From the NCBI GenBank assembly GCA_945869405.1, contig CAMBPD010000001.1:1-61867 (forward strand): DNA of 61,867 nucleotides. The letters are read 5' to 3'. The DNA is from Chryseobacterium gleum (GTDB taxonomy: Bacteria > Bacteroidota > Bacteroidia > Flavobacteriales_D > Sanyastnellaceae). The translations under genes were made by a program, and so were the position numbers. The notes beneath the pieces were generated by a model that searched no databases, was not told the origin of the DNA, and was given only the letters and a program-made list of their open reading frames with translations. Positions 1 through 9,378 of the stretch are shown piece by piece (position 1 is the first letter of the stretch; every line of letters starts with the position of its first letter).

Positions 1-221
1 GCATCTTCATTTGAATACAAAATATCTCGAGCAGCCTTTAAGTCTTCGCTTACCTTTTTATACTCGAGATACTTGCCTACCAGCACTCCTAGATCTTTGT
101 ACTCCTTCATGAGCGTTGGGTAACGCTTCATGTCTGAAATCACATCCGGGTCGGTTATCATCTTGCCCACCTCATTGTGTCTGTCCGCTATGGCCGACAA
201 TCGATCCAACAAATCTTGCAT
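1..221 (-). CDS. prfA: peptide chain release factor 1, N-terminal part (gene runs off the left edge of the window)
   Basis: My own minus-strand translation from the ATG at 219-221 gives MQDLLDRLSAIADRHNEVGKMITDPDVISDMKRYPTLMKEYKDLGVLVGKYLEYKKVSEDLKAAREILYSNEDA with no stop before the edge. This is the typical RF1 N-terminal pattern (..VISD..R...L.KEYK.L). It is absent from the ORF track because it is truncated. Confidence 0.75.
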   Translation of the reverse strand, partial: MQDLLDRLSAIADRHNEVGKMITDPDVISDMKRYPTLMKEYKDLGVLVGKYLEYKKVSEDLKAARDILYSNED

Positions 222-233
222 ACTCTTCTTTCG

Positions 234-1406
234 TTATGATTCGTAAATAAACTCGCCATGCTCACTTTGTAAAGTAAGCTTGCGATTTGAGGATGCCTCT
301 ACTTTTCCTACTACCTGAGCCTCGACATGAAAACTTCGTGCGATTTCTATCATGCGCTCAGCACTTTTGGCATCTGTATAGATCTCCAAACGATGCCCCA
401 TATTGAACACTCGGTACATCTCTTGCCAAGGCGTCTTTGATTCCTCCTGTATCATTCGAAACAAAGGCGGAGTATCAAAAAGATTATTTTTAATGACATG
501 AAGATCGTCCACAAAGTGTAGAACCTTGGTCTGTCCTCCTCCACTGCAATGCACCATTCCGTGGACCTTGGATCGAAGTTCATTCAAAATTACTCGCGCA
601 ATGGGGAGGTAAGTGCGCGTTGGAGAAAGCACCATACGTCCTGCATTTAGAGGCGCATCCTCTACGGGGTCTGTCAAGGAATAGGACCCACTGTATATCA
701 AATCTGATGGCACCGCTGGATCAAAACTCTCCGGATACTTCGAGGTAAGCGTATTGTAAAAAACATCGTGCCGTGCGCTGGTCAGTCCGTTGCTTCCCAT
801 TCCCCCATTGTACTCTCCCTCATAGCTAGCCTGGCCAAAAGAGGCAAACCCAACGATTACATCTCCCGCTGCAATACGTGCATTGTCAATCACCTCATCG
901 CGTCGTATGCGAGCCACCACAGTTGAATCAACTATGACCGTTCTGACCAAGTCTCCTACATCAGCCGTTTCACCGCCCGTTACAGTCACCTTTACTCCAA
1001 GTGCAGTGAGCTCATCGGCCAATTCTTGTGTGCCGTTGATAATTGCACTCACTACTTCACCGGTAATTAGCCCTTTGTTGCGCCCAATGGTGCTGCTCAA
1101 TAAAATATTATCCGTTACGCCAACACACATCAAATCATCCAAATTCATAATGAGAGCATCTTGGGCAATTCCCTTCCAAACACGGATATCCCCGGTCTCC
1201 TTCCAATAGATGTAGGCCAAAGAAGACTTTGTGCCCGCGCCATCGGCGTGCATAACGAGGCAGTGCTCGTCGCTACCCGTAAGATGGTCTGGTACTATTT
1301 TGCAAAACGCCTTGGGGAAAACCCCCTTGTCGAGCGTGCGAATGGCTGCGTGTACATCCTCTTTTTGAGCAGACACACCCCTCATCGAATACCTTGAATC
1401 GTTCAT
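234..1406 (-). CDS. AIR synthase-related (PurM-like) protein, probable phosphoribosylformylglycinamidine cyclo-ligase of the Bacteroidota type
   Basis: RGVSAQKEDVHAAI..FCKIVPD..HADGAGTKSSLAYIYWKETGD..GIAQDALIMNLDDLMCVG matches the PurM/AIR-synthase-like fold. I placed the start at the internal Met (MNDSRYSMRGVSA); the 9 upstream codons of the ORF look like run-on. Confidence 0.75.
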   Translation of the reverse strand: MNDSRYSMRGVSAQKEDVHAAIRTLDKGVFPKAFCKIVPDHLTGSDEHCLVMHADGAGTKSSLAYIYWKETGDIRVWKGIAQDALIMNLDDLMCVGVTDNILLSSTIGRNKGLITGEVVSAIINGTQELADELTALGVKVTVTGGETADVGDLVRTVIVDSTVVARIRRDEVIDNARIAAGDVIVGFASFGQASYEGEYNGGMGSNGLTSARHDVFYNTLTSKYPESFDPAVPSDLIYSGSYSLTDPVEDAPLNAGRMVLSPTRTYLPIARVILNELRSKVHGMVHCSGGGQTKVLHFVDDLHVIKNNLFDTPPLFRMIQEESKTPWQEMYRVFNMGHRLEIYTDAKSAERMIEIARSFHVEAQVVGKVEASSNRKLTLQSEHGEFIYES

Positions 1407-1464
1407 ATATAAAAAATAAAAGAGGCGAACCAACCGGCTCGCCCCTGTATGCTATTTACTCTAC

Positions 1465-3519
1465 CTACTTAGAAGGAACATAATCATTGCTCAACACTCG
1501 GAAAACCGTGCGTCGATTCAATTGATGCGCAGCCTCCTGAAGGTCTTTACTGGTCAGTTTATTGATGTAAGCCTCTGTAAGTTCCTCACCCTTCTTGAAG
1601 CCCGACATATCGCGCTTCAAATTGCGTGGTTCAGTTTCACCTTTACCCAGCGCAACAATACGCTTAGCATCTACTCCCTTTTCTTTAACCAAATAATCAA
1701 CACATGCCTGAGCACGTGCCTGCGATAACACTTGATTGTCTTTGTCCGCGCCACGTGCATCCGTGTGTGCCTCCAATTGAACCACTAGCTTTGGATTATT
1801 CTTCATAATGTCGAAGAGATAATTGAGGGAATCTTTGGAGTTAACCTCTGCATTGACTTGCAATGAACTCTTATTGTAGTCGTAGCGCACCTCTGGCATT
1901 TCTATACCACCCTGACGTGAGCTTGGGTCCGGAATCGGAATGATGAAGTACTCCCTTGCAAAGTTTGTTGATGCATTGAGTCCAACCGTAGAGAGCTTGT
2001 CTGATGTGCCTATGTACTTCTCCTTTTGTACATCAAGCGTATACGTGTAGTTCGAACCGATTTGTGATTTGTCGAAGCTAAAACCTCCGTTGGCATCTGT
2101 ATTCACCTTAAGGTTTACAGGATCGCCAGAGCTACTCGAGCCCACAAGTGTTATTTCACATCCCGCCACCGGTGTGCCACTGTCCTTATCATAGACTGTC
2201 CCCACGAGAGAGAAGTCAAGTCCTGCCTCTACAAATCGATAGATGTCGTCCTTACCCTTGCCTCCAGGGCGATCGGAGGTGATGTATCCTGAAAACGTTT
2301 TGTCGCCTTCCTTCTTTGGATCAATCACAAGTGCAAAATCATTTGAAGATGTATTCAACGGATAATCCACACCTACAGGAGCGTTGAAGGCCATGTCGCC
2401 AGCTTTGGCAGCCTTGAATACATCTAGACCGCCTAGACCTCCCCAACCGTTGGAAGAAAAATACAGTGTTCCATCCGGACCTATAACAGGAAACATATCA
2501 TCACCCTTGGAATTGACCGCAGCTAAATTTTGCGGTTTAGACCAAGTCGATGAATTACGATCGTAGTTGATATACCAAATATCCTTTCCACCCTTTCCAC
2601 CCACCATGTTCGAGGCAAACAACAGATACTTACCATCTGAGGTGAGGAAGGGCTGGCCAACCACCGTGGAATCATCTGAGTTACGATCAATCACATTCAA
2701 ATTTGTAACCTCTGTATACTTGCCATCTGCTTGGCGCGTTGCTCGTGCAATGTCGCAAGCAAAGTAAGCTTTTGCACTCTCGTAACGGCATGAGGTATAG
2801 AGTATGTCGGAATAATCTTTATTAAAACAAGCGGCCCCCTCATTACCCATGGTATTGACACCGCCAGGGAGTGGGCTTGGTATACTCCACTTACCTTTTT
2901 TGTCTTGTTCGGCTGTAAACAAATCCATAAAACTCTCCCCGGTAATCGGATCCTTGTAGGAACCTGCGCTTGATGGTCGCGCAGAAGAAAGCACTACTTG
3001 GCTTGGACCGGAAAACACTAAACCATAATCAAAAAATTCTGAATTCAACTCCACTACATTGGAAACCGTGATGCGTGTTTTAGTCGATTTTTTTGACGCC
3101 GCTTCTTGGGCTGATTTCACGCCTAAGGCAGCTTTCGCCTTGTCGCCACCCTTTGCACTGTATTTGTTGAATTGTGTAACGGCATCATCCCATCGCCCCA
3201 ATTCAAGCAAACTCATTCCGTAACCATAATACACTTCAGGATTAACCTTGTAATATTGAGCGACGATCGCCTTTTCAAACCACTGCAAACTTTGCTGTGG
3301 ATCAGCAACCATGCGATAACACTCGCCCAATCGATAAAATATCCTTGCCTTTTCATCCAATGATTTGGCAATGGGCTCTGCCTTTATATAGAGCTTGGTT
3401 GCCTCATAATAGGCAGCTCTATCGAATTGCTCATCTGCCTTTTTTGTTGGTTGCGCCCAACTTACAATTGCTATCAACATGAAAACTGATGTAGCAAGCA
3501 CTGAAATAACTCTTTTCAT
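1465..3519 (-). CDS. OmpA-family protein with PorE-like architecture (signal peptide, TPR, PD40/WD40-like beta-propeller, carboxypeptidase-regulatory-like domain, OmpA_C peptidoglycan-binding domain)
   Basis: It has a signal peptide (MKRVISVLATSVFMLIAIVSWAQ). TPR-like helices are present (FYRLGECYRMV.., YYGYGMSLLELGRWDDAVTQFNKY). PD40-like repeats are present (SDGKYLLFASN..GGKDIWY, PDGTLYFSSNGWGGLGGLDVF, ITSDRPGGKGKDDIYRF). The CRD reads FSLVGTVYDKDSGTPVAGCEITLVG. The OmpA_C domain reads LEAHTDARGADKDNQVLSQARAQACVDYLV..GKGETEP. Confidence 0.8.
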   Translation of the reverse strand: MKRVISVLATSVFMLIAIVSWAQPTKKADEQFDRAAYYEATKLYIKAEPIAKSLDEKARIFYRLGECYRMVADPQQSLQWFEKAIVAQYYKVNPEVYYGYGMSLLELGRWDDAVTQFNKYSAKGGDKAKAALGVKSAQEAASKKSTKTRITVSNVVELNSEFFDYGLVFSGPSQVVLSSARPSSAGSYKDPITGESFMDLFTAEQDKKGKWSIPSPLPGGVNTMGNEGAACFNKDYSDILYTSCRYESAKAYFACDIARATRQADGKYTEVTNLNVIDRNSDDSTVVGQPFLTSDGKYLLFASNMVGGKGGKDIWYINYDRNSSTWSKPQNLAAVNSKGDDMFPVIGPDGTLYFSSNGWGGLGGLDVFKAAKAGDMAFNAPVGVDYPLNTSSNDFALVIDPKKEGDKTFSGYITSDRPGGKGKDDIYRFVEAGLDFSLVGTVYDKDSGTPVAGCEITLVGSSSSGDPVNLKVNTDANGGFSFDKSQIGSNYTYTLDVQKEKYIGTSDKLSTVGLNASTNFAREYFIIPIPDPSSRQGGIEMPEVRYDYNKSSLQVNAEVNSKDSLNYLFDIMKNNPKLVVQLEAHTDARGADKDNQVLSQARAQACVDYLVKEKGVDAKRIVALGKGETEPRNLKRDMSGFKKGEELTEAYINKLTSKDLQEAAHQLNRRTVFRVLSNDYVPSK

Positions 3520-3622
3520 AAGGGTTTCTTTAAGGAGGAGATCTCTTTATTGGTGACGAAAATAAGGCATTCTACCAAAAGCTCAAAGCAGAGGTTGATT
3601 GGCCTTTGAGCGGCGAAACCAA

Positions 3623-4216
3623 TTATTGGGCCGTTTTTCTTTTCTCGATCAGACTTCGTTTAATGCGACTCAGCGCTTCAGGTGTGATGCCCAAGAAGGA
3701 TGCAATGTGGTGCTGAGCAACACGCAATTCCATCTTTGGATAGCGACGAACCAGATCCAGGTAGCGCTTCTCTGCACTCAACGACATAATATCCATGGTG
3801 CGTTTTTGCGACGCCACGTAAGCGTTTTGCATCAGCAAACGAAAGAAACGCTCAAACTTTGGATAGTTACTTAGCAACACTTCGTAATCGTCTCTGTGAA
3901 TGGACAGAACCTCGGTGTTTTCGAGCGCCTCAATGCTGAAAAAGGCAACATCACCGGTAATAAAACTGAACAAATCCGCAGTCCACCAATCTTCAAAAGC
4001 AAGATGAAAAATGTGCTCGTGCCCCCGATCATCGGTCGTGTATGTTCTCAAACTTCCCGAGAGCACAAAATAAAAGTGCTCACACGATGAACCCGCAGTT
4101 ACAAGGGCTTCGCGCTTCTTGAACGAGGCGCGTTCCATCACCCGACAAATCGCCTCAAATTCAATATTTGAAAGCGGTATATGATTTTTTATATGATCTC
4201 TTAGCTGTTGATACAT
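3623..4216 (-). CDS. Crp/Fnr family transcriptional regulator (cyclic-nucleotide-binding domain plus C-terminal HTH)
   Basis: The cNMP-binding region reads FKKREALVTAGSSCEHFYFVLSGSLRTY and the C-terminal HTH reads VAQHHIASFLGITPEALSRIKR. I chose the start at MYQQLRDHIK (4216), 7 nt after the upstream stop; the longer ORF would overlap the upstream gene. Confidence 0.8.
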   Translation of the reverse strand: MYQQLRDHIKNHIPLSNIEFEAICRVMERASFKKREALVTAGSSCEHFYFVLSGSLRTYTTDDRGHEHIFHLAFEDWWTADLFSFITGDVAFFSIEALENTEVLSIHRDDYEVLLSNYPKFERFFRLLMQNAYVASQKRTMDIMSLSAEKRYLDLVRRYPKMELRVAQHHIASFLGITPEALSRIKRSLIEKRKTAQ

Positions 4217-4223
4217 GCAAGGA

Positions 4224-7200
4224 CTAATTCTTGACAACGCGAAATGTTCCCCGTCGCTGACCGTCATTTAATTGCACAAAGTACAATCCTTTCGGGAGTT
4301 GCGCCATCGAAAGTTCAAAAATTTCCGTCTCAGATTTTCTCACCACAATTTTTGAATCCATTCGACGCCCCATCCCATCAAACACGGTGTAGGTCACAAC
4401 CCTATCATAACCCATGGCATCTATATTCACCACACTCTCTGTTGGGTTGGGATAGATGCGAACCCGGTGTGCAGGCAATTCGGCCAGAGAAGTTTCCAAA
4501 TTTGTTTCAAATCTGAACCGGTGAATAATCTCCTTCCCGAAATCACGCTCAAAGCTTTCAAAGTCAAAACCTGCTACTCGATCCAACTTACAGTAACCTG
4601 AACCATCACTGTTGGCAAAAAAATCTAAGCCGTCGTCGTCACTATCTTTTAAATGAAAGGTGTAACATCCAGCGTTGAGTGCAAGAGTGTCCCTATAAAT
4701 CGTTGAAGGCTCTGCAAAGTCATCGCGCTCAAACACTACCTCGTCCCATTGGTTGTAGAGTGTATACGATGACTCCCAGTTGGCGTTGTTTGTGCGCAAA
4801 ATGATTATGATTCGGTTATCATCCAAATCAACATACGAATAGGTCGGCGGGCGATGAAAGACCGATTCCGCATAGTTGTTACTCACATTCTCGTCCACAC
4901 CATCAGTACTTTCGGCTAGTCGAATGTAAAACCGCATGGTCTCGCCATCATCTCCATTCCACAAACTAGCGTCGCCGTAAGTGAGTTCAATCTCTTCCTT
5001 CTCCATAAACCCTAAACTTCCGGTCCATTCCATCTGCTCCTCAACTCCTCCTACAACTCCATAATAAATCGTTTGCTGAGTGAGCGGTTGTGAACCTTTG
5101 TTTCGAAGGATGAAGCGCGGATTATCGCAAATAGGATTCCAGCGCGAATGGATCTTCCAATCACTTGGCGCAGTAATCATATCAATCTCAGGGTCATGGG
5201 CGTGGTTTGCATCGCCGTAGGCAACAAGCGTCCCGAAGAACACATAATTACCATAATCGTTGTAGGTAATATCATAGTCAACCGTAAATGAATCCGTAGA
5301 TGCCACGAACGGGGTCAAATCAAACTCTTTGGTGGTTGAGTTCATTCCCGGACACCACCCTGCTCTATCAAACAACCATGTGCCGCCCTGCGGATAGAGC
5401 GCATTATCCGCGCATTCTTGCATAATGTCCCACGACCAATGCTCTACTCCATTCACCTTCACACTTTGTTGGTTATTGCAAAATTCTGCACAATTGGGCG
5501 GGTTATTAAATTGGTGGCCGGTATTGGTTGAAATCAATTTCCACGATGCCTCACCGTCTTGCTTGTGCACTGTTCGGGCCGCTACTGCATTATCAAAAGC
5601 ACTAAGCCCCTGATTGGTATCCCAAAGAGGTTCCACACGCTTTACATCGTGCGCAGGTGTTCCCTCGATAAAAAGAAACTTCATATCGAGCAGTTCTTGC
5701 CAATTGCCTGATTCAAGCTCTACGGAGTCTCTCAATAGCGGCTCCCAATCCGTTACATCAACTACCCAGGTCCAGCCATCCGAACCTAGATCAAGCTGGA
5801 TCCCATACATGGTGATAAACCGATTCAATTCATATCGGTCGATAACCTCAAAGGGGCGCTGCCAGTAGGTGAAATCATTATTGTTGAGAACGAATTCGAC
5901 GGGGGTTTCTTCAAGCGCTATGGTATCGCCAAGCAACCCTATGGTGAAAGAAGGCTGCACGATCCAATTATAAACTACCGTGAGTGGAATCACACTATAA
6001 TTTTCAGAACCGAATTCCACAATGGACACAGGGGGCACTATTTCTTGCACAGGCCACACCGTCGATTCAATGTGGCTTTGATATGTACCCGTCTTCACTT
6101 GCAGCAATGGCCTTATGGAACCTATTGAGCTATTGCGCCATAGCTCATCGCCACGCAAAGAAATTCGATCAGCGTTTCCATGCATCCAAGCATGGTTTCC
6201 ATTTCCACTTGCGTCCAACACCATTTCTCCATCATCCTCATTAAATTGATAATACGCTTGCAGATTATTCCAATAGGGATGATCCATTGTGAGGTCTCTA
6301 TTCACCCACTGCGCAATTGTAGCTTCATCAAGCGCTGCATTGAATACAGCAAATTCATCTATGCTACCCGAATAGAAGTTAGACCAACTTGTAGCCCCGC
6401 CAATACTGAAGCGCTGGATGTCGAGCATCAAATTGTCGAGGTTAGCACCGACATGCCAAAGAGCACCGTTCAAAAAAATCTTCATTTCTCCGGAAGAGGC
6501 ATTCTTGGTAAAGGCCCAGTGATTCCATCCACCTTCGAAGTCCTGCGGAGTAGCTAATTTATTGATTCGATCATACCCTCCATTGAACCCTGCATCCCAA
6601 TACACATTCGAATTGCTCCATGGCAAATGCACATTGAGCACGCGTTGATTGAGTGTATTTACGCCTTCGAAAATGGTTCCATTTTGCGGCTGAACGTCGG
6701 CATCGCCCTTTTGCCAAAGCATGATGGTTACTTCGCTGCTCACAGACTCAAAAACCTCGCTGGGCACCTTCACCTCATCCTGCCAATCCATGTGCATATA
6801 TCGATCTGTTCCTTGATAGGTTAATGTCGAGGAAAAGTCTGCGACAGCAGCCTGCCATTGGGCATCAACCGGGGTTTCACTGTTAGACCACGTTATGCGA
6901 ACCACCAATGAAGAAAATCCATCCCATTCCCAATTACTGAGTAAATTAAGATCGCTCCATCCCTGAGCACTTGGCAATACATGCGCATCAAACAAGGTTG
7001 TAAATGCCGACTGCGTCAATTGCTCTGAAACAATTGTATCTGACGTGATTGCCAGTTCAATTTTGAAAAAATCCGTTCCGCTAGGAGCGTTTACGAAAGC
7101 CAACGCTAGACGTGAAAGAGAATCTCCAGCCAACAACCCTTGGGCCAACAACTCTTCCGCCCTATACAACAGCAACGTTTGAGCCGATGTTCCGGAAATA

Positions 7201-7706
7201 GCCTGAGCAGAAAAGGCATTCACATCGTCACCGAGAGTGTAGGTGTTTTCCTCTAGAACATTATCAAAAACACGAACCGTCTGGGAAAACTCCCGTGTAA
7301 TCAGGATAGGCTGCGAAGTCATCGCGACGGAATCAAAATCCGCGTTGTTTACGAAATATTGCGGATGCTCAGACAGCGTGCTATCTATTGCTCCGGTATG
7401 GTCATATAAATATGTGTAAGAGAGATAGTCCCACTCGCCACAGGGGTACCCAAGATTACCCGCCGTTCCATCCTCGAAGCATTTCAAGTTATAGTACATG
7501 AGTATTTTCTGATAATCAACACCATTATTACTCTGTGGAAAGTTGAACCAGCGCCGACCGGGTGAGTCATAGGCTGCGGCCGGATTGTTCTGAGCTTCCC
7601 ATGTAAACGTTTGGACGATGGATGTATCTGCTACTTGCGCTGTAACAACATTCGATATGCTGCAGTACAGACCAAGTAAAATCAAAAATACAGAGGGCTT
7701 TCTCAT
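4224..7706 (-). CDS. secreted PNGase F-related protein with an inserted LamG/concanavalin-like domain and a type-A T9SS C-terminal sorting domain
   Basis: The signal peptide is MRKPSVFLILLGLYCSISNVVTAQ. PNGase F-like motifs are PCGEWDY (aa 88-94), RYELNRFITMYG..VDVTDWEPLL (aa 624-658), NCAEFC (aa 738-743) and FDRAGWCPGM (aa 779-788). The LamG-type segment ends ..FSIGGATSWSNFYSGSIDEFAVFNAALDEATIAQW (aa about 325-470). The CTD reads RIYPNPTESVVNID...GLYFVQLNDGQRRGTFRVVKN. Confidence 0.75.
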   Translation of the reverse strand: MRKPSVFLILLGLYCSISNVVTAQVADTSIVQTFTWEAQNNPAAAYDSPGRRWFNFPQSNNGVDYQKILMYYNLKCFEDGTAGNLGYPCGEWDYLSYTYLYDHTGAIDSTLSEHPQYFVNNADFDSVAMTSQPILITREFSQTVRVFDNVLEENTYTLGDDVNAFSAQAISGTSAQTLLLYRAEELLAQGLLAGDSLSRLALAFVNAPSGTDFFKIELAITSDTIVSEQLTQSAFTTLFDAHVLPSAQGWSDLNLLSNWEWDGFSSLVVRITWSNSETPVDAQWQAAVADFSSTLTYQGTDRYMHMDWQDEVKVPSEVFESVSSEVTIMLWQKGDADVQPQNGTIFEGVNTLNQRVLNVHLPWSNSNVYWDAGFNGGYDRINKLATPQDFEGGWNHWAFTKNASSGEMKIFLNGALWHVGANLDNLMLDIQRFSIGGATSWSNFYSGSIDEFAVFNAALDEATIAQWVNRDLTMDHPYWNNLQAYYQFNEDDGEMVLDASGNGNHAWMHGNADRISLRGDELWRNSSIGSIRPLLQVKTGTYQSHIESTVWPVQEIVPPVSIVEFGSENYSVIPLTVVYNWIVQPSFTIGLLGDTIALEETPVEFVLNNNDFTYWQRPFEVIDRYELNRFITMYGIQLDLGSDGWTWVVDVTDWEPLLRDSVELESGNWQELLDMKFLFIEGTPAHDVKRVEPLWDTNQGLSAFDNAVAARTVHKQDGEASWKLISTNTGHQFNNPPNCAEFCNNQQSVKVNGVEHWSWDIMQECADNALYPQGGTWLFDRAGWCPGMNSTTKEFDLTPFVASTDSFTVDYDITYNDYGNYVFFGTLVAYGDANHAHDPEIDMITAPSDWKIHSRWNPICDNPRFILRNKGSQPLTQQTIYYGVVGGVEEQMEWTGSLGFMEKEEIELTYGDASLWNGDDGETMRFYIRLAESTDGVDENVSNNYAESVFHRPPTYSYVDLDDNRIIIILRTNNANWESSYTLYNQWDEVVFERDDFAEPSTIYRDTLALNAGCYTFHLKDSDDDGLDFFANSDGSGYCKLDRVAGFDFESFERDFGKEIIHRFRFETNLETSLAELPAHRVRIYPNPTESVVNIDAMGYDRVVTYTVFDGMGRRMDSKIVVRKSETEIFELSMAQLPKGLYFVQLNDGQRRGTFRVVKN

Positions 7707-7767
7707 GGTCTAAAAATAGAAAAAAATCATTTCTATCCTTGCTTGACCTCTACGAATATTTCACTTT

Positions 7768-7815
7768 GTTATGGGCATACTATGCGTGATTTTCGGGAGA
7801 AATCGTGCCCATAAC
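7768..7815. repeat. perfect 10-bp inverted repeat (gttatgggca / tgcccataac) separated by 28 nt, in a 382-bp divergent intergenic region
   Basis: Read directly from the sequence: 7768-7777 is the reverse complement of 7806-7815. No T-run follows on either strand, so it is not a canonical terminator. Confidence 0.6.
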
Positions 7816-8088
7816 CCTCGCTAATCCATCAGCCAAAAAAAACACTTCCATAAAATTCCCAAGAGGCATATACCAAACGATAGCGATAGGTATTCATGGT
7901 ATCAACTTGCACCGTTGATTGTAATGTAAAAAACGTAAACAACAGCCGCATTTGATCTGACCATGAAATCTAATGCTGCGCACTCAGAAATAACTGTATC
8001 GTATTCATTCCGTGGCCAAACAATCCATAAAAAACACTTCAACAAACATCTGAATTGCAAAGCAAGGTGCACAAACAAACACAACACA

Positions 8089-9378
8089 ATGGCAAAAATT
8101 AGCGAGGCGTTCCTTCATCACGCATGGAAATTCAACTGGCTTGAAAAGAAGCCGCTTTCAACTCACAATGGTAAACCATTAGAAATAATTCACCCCGGTA
8201 TTCACAACCACCACGCAGGCCCTGACTTTCTGAATGCACGCCTGCGCATCGATGGAACACTTTGGTGGGGAAATGTTGAAATTCACATCTACGGGTCAGA
8301 TTGGAACAAGCACAACCATCAAGAGGATAGCAACTACAAAAACGTCATTCTACATGTTGTGCTCCACAACGACACCGAAATATTTCATCATACCCCTGGC
8401 GATCTTCCCATTTTAGATCTCTCCACTTGCCTCAATCTTTCCATATGGGACGCCCATCAAAAATGGCTTAATAACTACCGATGGATTCCCTGTGAATCTG
8501 TCATTCAACAAATCGATCCCATACTATGGCACAACGCCAGTGACCGCATGCTGATTGAGCGTATGGAGCAGCGAGTGACGAGCATAGTTGCGGCCCTCGA
8601 CAGCCATGGAGGTGATTGGTCGCAAATAGCTTTTATCGAACTATGCAAAGCTTTTGGTTTCAAATCGAACAGCCTACCCATGGAAATGCTTGCCAACTCG
8701 ATCCCATATACAGCAATTGCTCGACACCGAAGTGACCCTCTGCAAGTGGAGGCCATGATATTCGGTCAAGCAGGCTTGCTTAGGGGTCCTAGCAGCGACG
8801 AGTATGAAAATAGACTGGCGAAAGAATATGCGATTCTTCAACAGAAATATGGGCTCACACCAACCGAAGCTACCATTTGGAATTTCGGCAAGGTGAGACC
8901 GCACAACAATCCCATACTACGACTGGCGCAGTTGGCAGGTGCGGTGAACAAAAGTGAGCATCTCGTGTCGTCACTGCTCTACTTAGACTCCTCAGCACTC
9001 TTAGAATGGCTGAGAAGTGAAACACATCCATACTGGGAAACGAACAAACATTTCGGACAAAAAAGATCCAAACACATGGACACAATCATGGGAATTCCTT
9101 CCGCCCAACAACTCATCATCAATGTGGCCTGCCGGCTTCGATTTGCATTTGGGAAACACCACAACGACATGCGCATGATAGACAATGCGCTATCGCTTAT
9201 GCATTCATTAACTGCCGAACAAAATAGCATTACCCAAAAATGGAACAGTGCGGGAATTCAATGTGAACACGCCGGCGACTCACAGGCGCTGATACAACTT
9301 TATAGTGTATATTGCACACAAGAAAGATGCTTTGAATGCCCACTTGGCATCTCGCTCCTTCAGTCTACTCACCCATGA
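8089..9378 (+). CDS. DUF2851 family protein
   Basis: MAKISEAFLHHAWKF..IHPGIHNHHAGPDFLNARLRIDGTLWWGNVEIHIYGSDWNKHNH is the characteristic DUF2851 N-terminus as I recall it. The start is at ATG 8089 rather than the ORF-track start. Confidence 0.7.
   Translation: MAKISEAFLHHAWKFNWLEKKPLSTHNGKPLEIIHPGIHNHHAGPDFLNARLRIDGTLWWGNVEIHIYGSDWNKHNHQEDSNYKNVILHVVLHNDTEIFHHTPGDLPILDLSTCLNLSIWDAHQKWLNNYRWIPCESVIQQIDPILWHNASDRMLIERMEQRVTSIVAALDSHGGDWSQIAFIELCKAFGFKSNSLPMEMLANSIPYTAIARHRSDPLQVEAMIFGQAGLLRGPSSDEYENRLAKEYAILQQKYGLTPTEATIWNFGKVRPHNNPILRLAQLAGAVNKSEHLVSSLLYLDSSALLEWLRSETHPYWETNKHFGQKRSKHMDTIMGIPSAQQLIINVACRLRFAFGKHHNDMRMIDNALSLMHSLTAEQNSITQKWNSAGIQCEHAGDSQALIQLYSVYCTQERCFECPLGISLLQSTHP

Noticed and set aside
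7902-8087. 61-aa minus-strand ORF in the long intergenic region
   Set aside because: It has no motif, an odd Cys/Phe-rich composition and no promoter-like context, so I treated it as non-coding.
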